Shown here piece after piece: positions 1 through 11,953 of a DNA stretch of 54,742 nt (its first letter is position 1; every line of letters begins with the position of its first letter). The notes below the pieces were generated by a model, which was not told the origin of the DNA, searched no databases, and was given only the letters and a program-made list of their open reading frames with translations. The position numbers were made by a program, and so were the translations under genes. Where the stretch lies: positions 1-54,742 of the IMG/VR virus record IMGVR_UViG_3300037332_000228. One strand, written 5' to 3'. The stretch comes from a virus (lineage: Duplodnaviria; Caudoviricetes).

Positions 1-2
1 AG

Positions 3-1736
3 TTTGCAGTCGATAATACTTATGATGTCAGACTGTTTTCGGACCGAGCCAAAGAAGTATACCAATGGTTCAATACTATTCCCAATATTTTGGGAAACAA
101 AATTGACATTGTACCAGTGGTATACAAAGAAGAAAATATTGTGCCGGGTGTTCATATTCTGGAGCACAGTACAGTCAGTCGAGCATTAATGGGTAATATC
201 GCATACCCAATCTCTACCCGTGATATCCCCAATGAAGCATTGGCGCGGGCAAAAATTGATCCTGAAACGTTCAGTCGTTTAAAATCATATTTGGGACAAA
301 ATCTAGTCATTGAATTTGCCATTGGCGCCATTGATTTTTCCGCCAGCCGAGAGACTTTGAGTTATACTACCAAGACAATTTCAGCCGTGGTAGCGAAACT
401 ATTGGAAATTGAAAATAACTTGGTTGATGAATTCAGTAAATCAGTTGAAATGAATACAGATGGTAATGTATGGCAATTGATGAAAAACGTTACGGCAAAG
501 GCGCAGACTAAAATTTACGAACATGCAGCGGGACAGTGGCTGTTGAAGAACAAAGATCGAGTGCCATATGATATTACAGCCGTAAATTTGAAGTACGGGT
601 GGGGCAGTCTTGTTCTTCTAAATATTAAAGATATTCAAGCTGCCTACAATGTAGATATTAGATCATACCGTCGGTCAACATCATATGCCGCGCCAAGTGG
701 ATTTGTCATCTCAGAACATGGCAAAGGAAGTACCACAGTGACACTGGGTGATTACAATATATATGATCATCTTCCTGTATTTGTTACCAATCAAAATAAA
801 ACTCTGGGCATCGCCAGGTTGAAAGGGCATTTTAGGCAAAGGAGTAATCCCGCGGGGCAAATTGTATTACTCACTAGACATGACAATTCTCTGCCAGCAG
901 ATTTTGACGGGTTCTTTGAATTCATTCATTCTCCTCCCAAATCATGCAGAATTGAAATTAGCAGCCTTGACAAAACAACCACTGTGAGTAAGGGCACAAC
1001 TGGTAAAAATTGTTTTATGAATTTACGCGTCCAAGGCAAAACATATTATGGTCATGGGTATGAATGGCTTTGGGAGGCAAATAAGACCGATACTGTTATG
1101 GAACTGGCAAAAAACAGCAAGGTTCCATATTTGTATACTACCATGGTGGGATTCCACAACAGCCGAGCGTGCGGGAACTCAATTGACCTCAAAATACTAA
1201 TGGAAAATTTACAGAATTCAAACCTACCTCAATTTCAAAATCTTCCCATATATGGTGTAAGGAAGGATGGTATGAAATTGATTGACAAGAACTGGCAACC
1301 AGTGGAAAAATGGCTAATTAAGCAATTGAAGTTACTCCCAGATGAATTCTGGGAAATCATAGTACGTGACAGTGCCACGCTGATCCCATCTGTCATTCTA
1401 AGTATGAATCAGAGGGACGTTGACATGATCGATGATAAAACAAGCACCGCGCATGAATTCTTACAATTAGAAGTCAATAAAACAAAAAGGCCCAAATTCA
1501 CAATGCAAGATGTGCAATACACCAAAAGACTAGCACTCCAATTGGGATTTAATGTTGACATTGATAAGAAACAAGCTATACTTGCAGCTAATAATTTGGA
1601 ATTTTTGACCAAGTACCCAATGATCAAATATGTCAAATCAAGCACAACCGACAGTGATGTGACTACTTCCACATTGGAATACATCAACCTAATAAACAAA
1701 CAACCCAAAAATAAAGAGGAAATTAAAATTGACTGA
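3..1736 (+). CDS. rIIA: rIIA-like protein, C-terminal part (5' end lies before the window)
   Basis: Frame is open from base 3 (FAVDNTYDVRLF...). MGNIAYP and IGAIDFSASRETLSY are typical of rIIA, and the gene lies directly upstream of an rIIB-like gene. Confidence 0.8.
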   Translation, partial: FAVDNTYDVRLFSDRAKEVYQWFNTIPNILGNKIDIVPVVYKEENIVPGVHILEHSTVSRALMGNIAYPISTRDIPNEALARAKIDPETFSRLKSYLGQNLVIEFAIGAIDFSASRETLSYTTKTISAVVAKLLEIENNLVDEFSKSVEMNTDGNVWQLMKNVTAKAQTKIYEHAAGQWLLKNKDRVPYDITAVNLKYGWGSLVLLNIKDIQAAYNVDIRSYRRSTSYAAPSGFVISEHGKGSTTVTLGDYNIYDHLPVFVTNQNKTLGIARLKGHFRQRSNPAGQIVLLTRHDNSLPADFDGFFEFIHSPPKSCRIEISSLDKTTTVSKGTTGKNCFMNLRVQGKTYYGHGYEWLWEANKTDTVMELAKNSKVPYLYTTMVGFHNSRACGNSIDLKILMENLQNSNLPQFQNLPIYGVRKDGMKLIDKNWQPVEKWLIKQLKLLPDEFWEIIVRDSATLIPSVILSMNQRDVDMIDDKTSTAHEFLQLEVNKTKRPKFTMQDVQYTKRLALQLGFNVDIDKKQAILAANNLEFLTKYPMIKYVKSSTTDSDVTTSTLEYINLINKQPKNKEEIKID

Positions 1737-2538
1737 ATATTCAACGGATGCACTGCCTTACTTGATTCAAGGTGAAAATATTATTGTGATTATTGACAAT
1801 ATCAACCACACTATCAGCAAGGCACATGTATCATATGGCAAAATCAGGGACTCTATCCGAGATCTCGACTGGGCGTCTGTACGTGAATTCGTCGATCCCG
1901 TCAAACGAATCATAAATTATGGACAAGGCCGCGTGAAAATTGTCGACGAACAAGTGTTCTGGGACGGAGAAGAAATGCATAATACTCTGTCTTCTCGCAT
2001 GGTGGAAATGCTGCGAGAAGGATTCTCAATTGATGCCATGGTGAAATTCATGGACAATCTCATGCTCAATCCGTCTTTCCGAAGCGTCAATGAACTGTAT
2101 GGGTTTCTTGAGCGCAACAACCTTCCTATCACTCCGGATGGTTGTTTTCTTGCATACAAGCGCGTCAGGGAAGATTATACTGATGTACACAGTGGTAAGA
2201 ATGATAATTCAGTTGGTGAAACTGTCATGATGGATCGTAACAAAGTGAATGACAATAAAGACCAGACGTGTTCACCTGGTCTGCATTTTTGCAGTAAAGA
2301 GTACCTTTCCAGCTTTGGCGGATCGCGTATTATGATTGTAAAGATTAATCCAGCTGATGTAGTGTCAATCCCAACTGATTATGGATTTTCCAAGGGACGT
2401 TGTTGCAAATACCAAGTGACGGGGGAACTGGGGATCAAGCCTGAACTGGCATTTACCAAGACAGTGCAGGAAAATGCAAATACACATGAAGATAACATTT
2501 TCACTCCGGACTGGTTAGATGATCCACGTTATCGCTAA
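1729..2538 (+). CDS. rIIB: rIIB-like protein
   Basis: Motifs LMLNPS..SVNELYGFL, ITPDGCFLAYKRV, TCSPGLHFCS and VKINPADVVSIP; overlaps the rIIA stop. Confidence 0.85.
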   Translation: MTEYSTDALPYLIQGENIIVIIDNINHTISKAHVSYGKIRDSIRDLDWASVREFVDPVKRIINYGQGRVKIVDEQVFWDGEEMHNTLSSRMVEMLREGFSIDAMVKFMDNLMLNPSFRSVNELYGFLERNNLPITPDGCFLAYKRVREDYTDVHSGKNDNSVGETVMMDRNKVNDNKDQTCSPGLHFCSKEYLSSFGGSRIMIVKINPADVVSIPTDYGFSKGRCCKYQVTGELGIKPELAFTKTVQENANTHEDNIFTPDWLDDPRYR

Positions 2539-2545
2539 ATGAACA

Positions 2546-2575
2546 GATACATGGGGCCACGTGGCCCCATGTATC
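2546..2575 (+). terminator. Perfect 30-bp palindrome, probable terminator or binding site
   Basis: GATACATGGGGCCAC-GTGGCCCCATGTATC just after the rIIB stop; no long U-tract. Confidence 0.6.
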
Positions 2576-2670
2576 ATTATCAGCATACTGTACCGAACAG
2601 TATCAATGATTGTTCTGTATCGCTTGAATTGAACACTCTAATAGTGATTATATGATATACATAAAATAAG

Positions 2671-2699
2671 TTGACAACATGTTCTACATGTCATATGGT
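2671..2699 (+). promoter_or_regulatory. sigma70-type early promoter
   Basis: TTGACA-17 bp-TATGGT upstream of an RBS and ATG 2721. Confidence 0.6.
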
Positions 2700-2720
2700 A
2701 TTACGAAATGGGGAATACAA

Positions 2721-2916
2721 TATGAACATTACTTTCAAATCACGTAAAATCTCAAAAATTGAAATAATCCCAGCTGGTACTGTTCTTGAGAATACATGGA
2801 CTACTGTCCAGTTTACTGATGGCAGTCTAAGTTCCACGATATCTGAAATCAAAGCAACTGTTGGTGATTGGATTGGCTTTGACGGGTATGGATGCATTTG
2901 GATCAAACAACAATAA
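2721..2916 (+). CDS. hypothetical protein (start approximate)
   Basis: ORF track 2671..2916; probable start MNITFK after GGGG RBS. Confidence 0.5.
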
Positions 2917-2926
2917 GGAATATAAA

Positions 2927-3937
2927 ATGGACTTTGTTGAAAAATATTATGTGGGGTTTCAGAAAAACCGATATAATACCTCAGAAACACAACGACTGCT
3001 GGGATTTATCACCCCAAAAACTGGTGCAAATTCTGACGGAGACTCGGCGTTTAAAAAGCGAAAGTCCACCGTGGATTCATGGCGGGAGGTTGATATTGCC
3101 CCGCGTGAGATTGATAATACCCCACAGCATGGGTTTCAAATTGTGGATACTACCACTCGAAATTCCACCAGTAACAAATTATTCAGAGTACTTGACCCCC
3201 GAGGGTTTGAATTGGAAATTTCGTCTGAAAATCTGTTTGATATCATCAAGGAATGTGGTATTGTACGTGGATTGATTACTGACCCCATGATCTGGGCCAG
3301 GCATACACAAAAACCATATTTAATCTCAGGTAATTCAGAGGCATACAAAGAATACCTTAAAGGTCCCAAAAAACCAACTGATATGATTCCTGGCACATTC
3401 TTTAAACATCTTGGTGCAGATATCATTTATCGGTATGAAGGCAAGTTTGCATACAACTTTATATCATGTAGTACAACTGTATCACACGCTCAAGGTTGGT
3501 CTGGGCATTACTGGTACCCAGCCAGAACTGATTACACTGGAGTCACTACACAAGTCACTGCCACAGTGGATCGCAAAATGGACAAATTGGTGACAGTATT
3601 CACCCAGTACGTCATTCGGGAAGATGGAGAGGTTGCGCAGTGTATGATTCATATCCGAAAATCACCATTTAAAGGCCTTGTCTCAATTGATACAGCCCAA
3701 GTGCCAGATTCAGTGAAAGTCTCAAGTAATCTCAAATTTGGTGAAGTCTTAAATGCTGATTCTGCTATTGGGTCATATGATACCAAGTATATCCTTTTTG
3801 AGACGCGAGCAGGAGCACTCGCCTCGACGTATACTCAGTCTGAACTTGAAACAATATGCAAACCGTATTGTAATAGAAATGGTATGGGATCATACGGCAC
3901 TATCAACTTTGACATTGAGTACAAGGAACCAAAATGA
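2927..3937 (+). CDS. conserved phage hypothetical protein
   Basis: AAGGA RBS before ATG 2927; the FRVLDPRGFELEISSENL motif resembles large-phage hypotheticals. Confidence 0.7.
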   Translation: MDFVEKYYVGFQKNRYNTSETQRLLGFITPKTGANSDGDSAFKKRKSTVDSWREVDIAPREIDNTPQHGFQIVDTTTRNSTSNKLFRVLDPRGFELEISSENLFDIIKECGIVRGLITDPMIWARHTQKPYLISGNSEAYKEYLKGPKKPTDMIPGTFFKHLGADIIYRYEGKFAYNFISCSTTVSHAQGWSGHYWYPARTDYTGVTTQVTATVDRKMDKLVTVFTQYVIREDGEVAQCMIHIRKSPFKGLVSIDTAQVPDSVKVSSNLKFGEVLNADSAIGSYDTKYILFETRAGALASTYTQSELETICKPYCNRNGMGSYGTINFDIEYKEPK

Positions 3938-4069
3938 TGCAACGTGAAAATATGTCATGGTACTATAAAGCCATTGCTGAAATTGAAAAACAATATAAAA
4001 ACAACGAAACAACTTATTTGGAATTTACAAATGCCATACGGGATTTGAACTCTGAATGGAACGAAAAGG

Positions 4070-4802
4070 ATGGGACTTATTAACATGAAACCAAGCGATC
4101 TAAAAATCGGTGATGTATTTTATGAATGTCAGAGTGGATTCAACATTGAAGCGCGAGTAACATCAACTCCTGAGTCGTCAACAGACGGTCATGAAGGCAG
4201 AACCCATTGGAAATGGATCGCTGAAAATACTCAGAATGGTGAAGTCATTAACTACGGTTTGACAGAAGGCATGGAACACTATGGTCCTCGTCTATATGAT
4301 TCGCCACAATATTGCCATATGGTTGATGGCAATATTGTGTTTAAATTGATAGGAGCGCCAGATGTGGCCGTTTAAAAAAGAACGAAAACTTACCGAAGAA
4401 GAAAAAACGGACATTTTGAAAGATTGGTCCAAGCCAACTACCGTCCCTGATATTCGAATACTGTATGAGCATACGATATCAGCTGATGTGTATTTGGTCG
4501 GGTACGCTGATCCTTTGACTGTTGAAGTAAGAGCGCAGGACTCTGTTGTGACCAAATATCATGACCTTAGATTATATAGTACCCAACTGGTCAGTACAAC
4601 ACCTGAGAAGATGATCCGTGAGTTTCAAATTGAATGCGCAGAAATCCAAGGTGTCAATAGTTCGAGTGACATTTTCTATCCTGCCCACCGAATCGACTAC
4701 ATCAAATTTGACAGCTCTTCAATTGTAATTGGGACTGGCGAGGTCGGGTTCGGGATCCCGCGCAAGAATGGCAAGTTAAAACGTGTTGACATTACAGTAT
4801 AA
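4070..4802 (+). CDS. two overlapping hypothetical proteins (4070..4375, 4362..4802)
   Basis: Tightly packed ORFs with RBS-like sequences. Confidence 0.6.
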
Positions 4803-4842
4803 GTATGTTAATTTGCCATTAAAAGAAGATCAAGGAAACAAA

Positions 4843-5355
4843 ATGAAAAAATGTTATGTCATGGTGGGTGTTCCCGCCAGTGGAAAATCAACATTCGTGA
4901 AAAATGTCATCTCTGTTGATCCGGAACATTTCTTTGTGTATAGCACTGATCAGTTTATTGACGATGCTGCTACTCATTTCAATTCAACGTACAATGAAAT
5001 GTTTGAGTCCAATATCAAGGGGGCAACTGCCTCAATGAATAAACTGTTGGAAGAAGCGGTTGCTGATAAACGTCAGTGGATCATCTGGGATCAGACAAAT
5101 CTGGGTATTAAGAAACGCAAGACAATTATTGACAAGATGAAATCCATGGGTTATTCCGTTAAGTGTGTTAGTTTTATCCCACCAGAAACACAAGATGAAC
5201 TTGCTGAGTGGACCCGGCGTCTTGAATCACGCCCAGGTAAGACTATCCCAGACCATATTCTAAATAGCATGATGGCAAACTATCAGAAGCCAGAATTGTC
5301 AGAAGGGTTCGATGACATCGAGACGTATGATATGTTTGGCACGGTGATCACGTGA
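4843..5355 (+). CDS. AAA_33 / polynucleotide kinase-like P-loop kinase
   Basis: Walker A GVPASGKST, STD and WDQTN motifs; AAGGA RBS; upstream promoter TTGACA at 4786. Confidence 0.75.
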   Translation: MKKCYVMVGVPASGKSTFVKNVISVDPEHFFVYSTDQFIDDAATHFNSTYNEMFESNIKGATASMNKLLEEAVADKRQWIIWDQTNLGIKKRKTIIDKMKSMGYSVKCVSFIPPETQDELAEWTRRLESRPGKTIPDHILNSMMANYQKPELSEGFDDIETYDMFGTVIT

Positions 5356-5512
5356 GTAACCTACTTCAAAAGGGCAGGAAATTAGGGTACACATCTGAAC
5401 AAGTTCGTTCCATGATTAACAAAGAACGATTGTTTCAAAGGATACTCGACTGTGAATCTGTCGAGGATATCAAGATACTTCTATTGGTGTGGGTTGAAGA
5501 AGGGAAAATTAG

Positions 5513-5725
5513 ATGAGCATTGAAGAACAATTGAAATCAAAGTTGACAGAAACTTCTGTCATTTTAGCTAAAACACGAGAAGGAGCAATTTATCAAATTG
5601 TTTTCTCTGAAGCAGAAGATGAAGATTGTTCCCCTTCATACCACACCGAGAATTGGTCGCACTGCTGGAATACAAACGGTGAATCTGTTAAGAATTCAAG
5701 TCTTGACATTGTAGAGGTAATGTAA
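5513..5725 (+). CDS. hypothetical protein
   Basis: ORF abutting thg1. Confidence 0.55.
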   Translation: MSIEEQLKSKLTETSVILAKTREGAIYQIVFSEAEDEDCSPSYHTENWSHCWNTNGESVKNSSLDIVEVM

Positions 5726-6538
5726 ATGAAACATGACGACTTTGGAAATAGAATGAAGGCATTTGAATCAGTTTACACTGATGCTCGAATTCCAATTGAA
5801 TTGCCAATGATGGTGAGAGTGGATGGTAAAGGGTTCAGCAAGTTTACAAAAGGATTCAACAAACCGTTTGACGATGACTTGAGTGGTGCCATGATTGCCA
5901 TGACCAAACTGTTAGTCAAAGAGACAGGGGCTGACTTTGGATACACACAGTCAGATGAAACGTCACTTGTGTTCTTTCCCCGAGGCAAACAAAGTGAACA
6001 CTATCTTGGTGGCAAAGTATCCAAGGTAAATTCCATCGTTGCTTCCATGGCTTCAGTAACCTTTAATCACTTCATTATGAAATCCTCACCCATCGCGATG
6101 GCAGGTAGAGGACTCCCATATTTTGATTGTCGTGTGTGGTCTGTAGACAGTGATGTAGAAGCAATGAATACCATGCTGTGGCGGATGCAAGATGCCAAGC
6201 GAAATTCAATTTCCAGCCTGTGTCACAACACAATGGGACACAAGAAGATGCAGAATCTGAGTGGGGACACAATGATTAGCACAATGAAGTCTGATTATGA
6301 TGTTGATTGGTTTTCTATTCCTGCTCGCTATCGCTTTGGTACAATTGTTACCAAAGTGGCAGAATTGACTGAACTTGATGCAGATATTGTGGCAACCATT
6401 CCAGTTGACAAACGACCAATTAACAACATGGTAATGCGGAACAAGATCAATGAAGAACATGCAGGCGAGTTCATGTCATCTACAATTGAGGGAAGATTGT
6501 CCATGATGCTGCACCCAAATTCTGTTGGTGGTCTGTGA
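5726..6538 (+). CDS. thg1: tRNA-His guanylyltransferase (Thg1-like 3'-5' polymerase)
   Basis: RVDGKGFSKFT, GYTQSDETS, FDCR and WRMQDAKRNSIS motifs. Confidence 0.92.
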   Translation: MKHDDFGNRMKAFESVYTDARIPIELPMMVRVDGKGFSKFTKGFNKPFDDDLSGAMIAMTKLLVKETGADFGYTQSDETSLVFFPRGKQSEHYLGGKVSKVNSIVASMASVTFNHFIMKSSPIAMAGRGLPYFDCRVWSVDSDVEAMNTMLWRMQDAKRNSISSLCHNTMGHKKMQNLSGDTMISTMKSDYDVDWFSIPARYRFGTIVTKVAELTELDADIVATIPVDKRPINNMVMRNKINEEHAGEFMSSTIEGRLSMMLHPNSVGGL

Positions 6539-6753
6539 GGATTACATATTCAATGTCGCCACCCTCTTTGGCTATAGCAAGGAACACTAGTCGCAGTGTC
6601 CTTTCACCAAGAAGACTGGTGTAACGTCCCATCAAATAAAGTCACTGAAATCATGATGAAATCATCAGGCGGTACGATTAGACCAGTACATGCAAGAACA
6701 TCTTTTTGTAGAATGGTACAAGAAACTGGACTTGATTCAATCGAATAATTGTG

Positions 6754-6782
6754 TTGACATTATCACTGGCATAGTTTATTAA
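6754..6782 (+). promoter_or_regulatory. sigma70-type early promoter
   Basis: TTGACA-17-TATTAA. Confidence 0.55.
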
Positions 6783-6818
6783 TACTATAAACAGAACACA
6801 ATGTAGAGAGACACAAAT

Positions 6819-7815
6819 ATGATCAGCACAGACACAAAACCACTCCTTGGTCCAAATCAAAAACTGTTGGTAGATGCACTACGAAGCGGTAAGTTTACCC
6901 AGACCACTGCAGGAGTTCTTCATGATGTACAAACAGACAGTATGTGTTGTCTAGGTGTAGCTGCCAAGTTGTTTCTCACTGATGAGGAAGTAGAGGAAGT
7001 AAACCTTGGTGATTCTTCTTCAACATATTACGCTTATGGCGGGGAGGTGAGGTCGGCACCAGAATACGTTGTCTCAAATCTGTCTCTGTTTTGTAGTCTA
7101 GGTAGCAATTGTGATAGAGGCGATACACTGGCGGACCTTAACGACGAGGGATCTACCTTTGTGGAAATCGCAGACCTATTAGAAGCTGATCCCAGTAGAT
7201 ACTTCTCTTCACCTACGTAAACCTACAATCAAGAGGCACACCAAATGACAAATGTGACGCAAACGATCCAAACGATTCGAAACCGAATTCTAGCTTCCGC
7301 AGCTGAAATCGTCCATTATACAAACTGGGACGATGAATATTCGCGCAAGTCTATCATAGAGGCAAGTTCACCTTCAAAATCTTTTGGTAATAGCCATGTT
7401 CCTTTTATTTTAATCTCGGAGTTACGGGCCTTGAGTTTTGATGCCCTCATGGATTTGGGCTTTTTCAACTTTGATGACAAGTTGATTTTAATCCCACTTT
7501 GGTTAAAGAATTTTATCGATCCAAGAGAAGAAGTGACTGCACTCTCAGGAACAGTAATGAAAATTGCTGATGCAGATAATGACAATCGTTACGGTGCAAT
7601 GGCTATGGGGTTCTTTTTGTCAGAGGAATTGACCAACAATGATTAAGCGATACTCAGTGACTGGACTGTTTAGTGATGGCGGCAGAGATGTTGGAATGAG
7701 TTCTGATCTGGGAGAAGCAAGACTTCTAGCTGAATCTGCAATTGGTAGTGGCGCACAAAGAGTGATAATCACTTTGGTCCAAGAAACTCACATCGAGTCA
7801 ATCAATTCAAAATGA
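6819..7815 (+). CDS. three hypothetical proteins (6819..7220, 7245..7646, 7639..7815)
   Basis: Co-oriented ORFs with RBS; the first has ALRSG..Q..G.L...CCLGV, a motif common in phage hypotheticals. Confidence 0.6.
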
Positions 7816-7819
7816 CACG

Positions 7820-7848
7820 TTGACAACATACAAGATGTAGTTTATAAC
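7820..7848 (+). promoter_or_regulatory. sigma70-type early promoter
   Basis: TTGACA-17-TATAAC. Confidence 0.65.
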
Positions 7849-7874
7849 AAGACATGTTTTAAAGGAGTTGTGAT

Positions 7875-8135
7875 ATGCAAAAAATCAAAATTTACCAAAT
7901 TGCACTGTGGGACGGCGGAGATAGGCATAACGCTAGTGATGTTTGTTTTTGGGAACGTGTAGATGCTGAATATTATTTGAAAGCTGGTGGACACAGACAT
8001 GATATCATCAATACTTGCGCATTCACAGTCTATAACAATGTGGATGATTACGCGGCTGTACATTCACAGGAAGTTAGGGACACTGCCCTTGCGAAGCTTA
8101 CTGATATTGAAAAGGGAGCATTGGGGCTATCCTAA
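7875..8135 (+). CDS. hypothetical protein
   Basis: AAGGAG RBS; LAKLT..EK.ALGL tail common in phage proteins. Confidence 0.65.
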   Translation: MQKIKIYQIALWDGGDRHNASDVCFWERVDAEYYLKAGGHRHDIINTCAFTVYNNVDDYAAVHSQEVRDTALAKLTDIEKGALGLS

Positions 8136-8169
8136 CTAAATTTAACAAAAGCCAAAGGAGTTTTGGTAA

Positions 8170-8781
8170 ATGGAAGTAGTAATGGCGATTATCGCCTATT
8201 TTTCGGGAACGTGGGGGCTTGTGGAACTTGCAGGCACTGTGTTCAGTCTTATTTGTGTGTACCTTGCAACCAAGCACAACCAATGGACTTGGTTCTTTGG
8301 TATATTGGGCATACTGTGTTTTGGTCCACTGTTCTACCACTACCTACTGTACAGCGATGCAATGCTTCAAATTCTGTTCTTTCTTCCCATGCAAGTATGG
8401 GGGTATATGAAGTGGCAAGAACTTTCACAACAATCCAACAACCAATCCATCACCTTGTCATTGCGCAATGACACAGTGATCTATATTGTGTTGGCAATTG
8501 CAGGTCTCACGTTGATTAATGGCTACTTGATGAGTACATATACCCTTGCTAGTTTTGCATATGCAGATGCATGGACCACTTGGATGAGTGTGTTTGCACA
8601 GGTGTTGATGATTAGAAAGTATTGGCAGGCATGGTTGCTTTGGATTATTATGGACATTGGTGCCATCTACATCTACTTCGCCAAGGGACTGTTCATGACA
8701 TCTGGTCTATATGCAGTGTTCTTGGTATTGGCCTCGGTTGGATTGTACAGATGGTATAGAAACTACAAGCAAATCACATAA
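8170..8781 (+). CDS. pnuC: nicotinamide riboside transporter PnuC
   Basis: Multi-pass membrane protein with LYSDAMLQ, GYMKW, DAWTT and W..WI..D motifs. Confidence 0.92.
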   Translation: MEVVMAIIAYFSGTWGLVELAGTVFSLICVYLATKHNQWTWFFGILGILCFGPLFYHYLLYSDAMLQILFFLPMQVWGYMKWQELSQQSNNQSITLSLRNDTVIYIVLAIAGLTLINGYLMSTYTLASFAYADAWTTWMSVFAQVLMIRKYWQAWLLWIIMDIGAIYIYFAKGLFMTSGLYAVFLVLASVGLYRWYRNYKQIT

Positions 8782-8785
8782 TAAC

Positions 8786-8825
8786 GAAAAGAGGGGTTGA
8801 CGAGGCCCCTCTTTTCTTTTATAAA
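8786..8825 (+). terminator. intrinsic terminator overlapping a promoter
   Basis: GAAAAGAGGGG...CCCCTCTTTTC plus T-run; TTGACG (8797)-17-TATAAA (8820) is embedded in it. Confidence 0.7.
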
Positions 8826-8855
8826 GGATATAGAAACACAAAATAGAGAGATGCA

Positions 8856-11800
8856 GTGATGAAAGTTTATGTTTTAGAAGCAAACACAATGACAGATGCT
8901 ACATGCCAAGTTACTTCAGGCGGCTATATAGTCGGAACATTTTCATCTCATGAGAAAGCGAGCGAAGCACTTGACGTGATCGGTGACGACTATACCCGAA
9001 AGCGCTGTGATTATGAAATTCAAGAATTTGAAATGGATGCTTGATCCATAGCGCCCAGGATCATTTAGAGTGAGGGCAATTGCACAATGAACAGCGGAGA
9101 TTTTGATGGACTTTGATCAGTTAAAACAGTGGGCAACCAAAGCACAACTGTCCGACCAGCACAAGGACAAACGAATGGATGAGTACTATTGTCTAGTAAA
9201 TTCCATAGATAACCTTTGTGGACAATCCAACTCTAAACTTGCAACTGCCATTGGCGTACTCATTGACAAACACTATGATATTTGATAAGACTCAAAAGGA
9301 CCTGTTTCGCATTGCGGCACTGGACGGACAGCTTCTATGATGAATGGAGAAATACCAAATGACAGATATGACAGAAGCAGCAAAAGTTCTATTGGATTCG
9401 TATTTGCCATACTTTGTAATTGAGTTTCCGGTAAATGCGGAAGGAAATGGGCCTGCTTCATCAGATGATGTAGACAAAGTTCTGTATGAAATTTGGGACG
9501 CAGAAACCATCGAATGTCTTCAATCACACGAACAACTGTCAAGTGCAATTTTAGGATGGTTGAAATTGCTATCTGAATACACCCAAGATACAAAACTCAA
9601 GGATTACAAATGATAAAACTGACATTCAGAGAAGAATTGGCAAATTGGATCACCGGCGGAGAGTTCATGGTGTTAAAAATAATGGCCTGTCTCGAAGGCG
9701 GATTGATGAATATGGTTATGGTCGACCGAGATACAAAACTTGCTGCACTGACATCCCGAATTGCCGAACTTGAATCTCAGGCAAAATCAATTTCCAACTT
9801 GGTAAACATCGTGAATGATCCAAAACAGTCTGATACCATAGCAGCCCTACGTGCCAAACTCGCAACGGTAGAGGATGAACGCGAGGCGTGGCATCTTTTA
9901 GTTGATGACCTCTCCGAGAGACTAGCGTCTGCAGAGGCACAGGTCAAAGATGTGGAAGCTGGTCAAGAGATATACGGGGAGGACGATTGGCAGGCCATGA
10001 AAAATATTGCATATCGAGCTGGATACTACCAAGCAGAGTGTGGACTACCAATTGACGATAAACTCCCCGAACTAAATCTCAAACTGTGCGGAAAAGTTTT
10101 GAAGGCACAGCGACGTGTCAGTAACCTGCCCCATGTTACAGAAGAAAAAATACCATGTCTGTTTTGCGGTAAGAGAGTAAATTCGAGGTGTGGAGATTGG
10201 CAAACCGCAGACCAGTGTGGGCTGTTTGCTACTCCGAAAGAAGGCTATCCAGAGCCCAAGCGTGACTCACAATGATAGACGTGATTGCGGTTCACATGCT
10301 CAGGCAGGCCCATGATCAACTTTGCTTTGAGCAAGGAGACCACAAGGATGAAATCGACACAGCATATTCCATGGGGGCTGACGCCATAGAGCGGCTCGGC
10401 GCAATGCAGCCCAGTGTGTCAAATACCGGACCATATCCAGACCGCCTATATATTCCTCATACGGCCCTTGAGCAGTGGCATCGTAAGTGGCCTGCTCTAC
10501 CAGCGTTTGACCCCGTCGAGGCCCAAGGTGAAAGCTATGAGGTTTATGTAATCCAATCAAGCAAAAACAAGTAGAGCATTCTATGATTAGCACGGTATTA
10601 CGTTACATTTTGGTCAGTTCAACGGTTTTAGCACTATTTTACCTATTCGTACTGCCATGCACATTAGACCCATTTTGGATTGTTAATGTGCATGGCAGTA
10701 TAGGATTGATTTTGGGTTCTCTTGCAATTATGTTAATTGTAATGATACCAGCTGGAGAATAAAAGACAACAATACAATTTAGGCGTTGACTACGAGTGGT
10801 GGATTTGCTACAACTAATTAACAGTAATGCAATCGGAGACAATAACATGACCCTTAAAATTAATGATCGCGTAACATTTAAGAGCAACGGCACAGAAGAG
10901 CATGGTCGCATCACCCACATTGATAGCGGAACAGCCACAATCAAAGTGTGGGACAGCATGGTCGGAGAGCATTATCTGACTTTTGAGAAGTTAGGCCGCT
11001 GCTCCAAGGATTAATAGATCAAATCAAGGAGATGCACATGTCACATATGTCAGATCAAATCATGAAGCTCACCGGAAGGTGCAAATTGGCAAATTGATTG
11101 AAACTGTGGAATCACTCAGACTGACTGCATATGGATATGATCATCGTTATGAAACTGCATTTCATGGTGAAGTATTTGAAACATTGACCGAGGCATTGAA
11201 CAATTTGACATTGACTTGAGATTCGCCATCATGTATTACATAGTTAAGCCACACAAAGGGACATGAACATGACTGTAACTGACAAAATTTCAAACAACGA
11301 CAACTTCATAGTAGTGACCAAATTCAATCACGTACTCACGTGCTTTGGATATGGCGGCACTGTGGATGAGGCTGTTTCTGACACAGACAGTCACATTGAT
11401 ATTCCTGGATTTGAAATTACTGATACCACAATTTGGAAAAACACACACAAAATCACAACCAGCCGAAAGGGATGTGAGTGGGCATTTGAGCGCGTGAGTG
11501 GTTCAGCAATCAAGATTGCATGACTGTTCAAGAATGGTACAACAAAAATCATACACATAAAGACTAGAATCGGACATCCTGGATTCGCTCATGGTTCCGA
11601 AGAGGTATATTTGTTCGCAGGGCCTGAATTTAATAACGTAGCTGGAGAATAACATGACACCATTAATTGCACGAATGCTCAAGCACGCCTTCCTCAGTGG
11701 GGTGGTTGCTGCAAAGAATTTACCAGCGCACGAACCATACAACGGCAATGAACTTTGGGAAGATTACGACCCCATGGATGAAGAACTCAAACAACTTCAT

Positions 11801-11953
11801 GCGGTAATTGACGAACATGACAAGAACATGAAACTGGCGTTTGTAGATGGGTTCAACAGTGTGGAATCACGTTCGCTTCATGAGAATACAGTGGAATCAG
11901 CTTGGAAAGATTCCGAAACAAAATATAGACAGAAGGACCCATTAAATGAATAA
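8856..11953 (+). CDS. cluster of small hypothetical early genes (8856..9044, 9103..9285, 9344..9613, 9610..10275, 10272..10574, 10847..11014, 11263..11523, 11654..11953)
   Basis: Co-oriented, often overlapping ORFs with RBS; promoters TTGACT at 10786 and 11211. Confidence 0.55.

Noticed and set aside
11032-11219. Possible programmed frameshift in a small ORF pair
   Set aside because: No slippery heptamer or stimulator was seen; more likely a decayed small gene.
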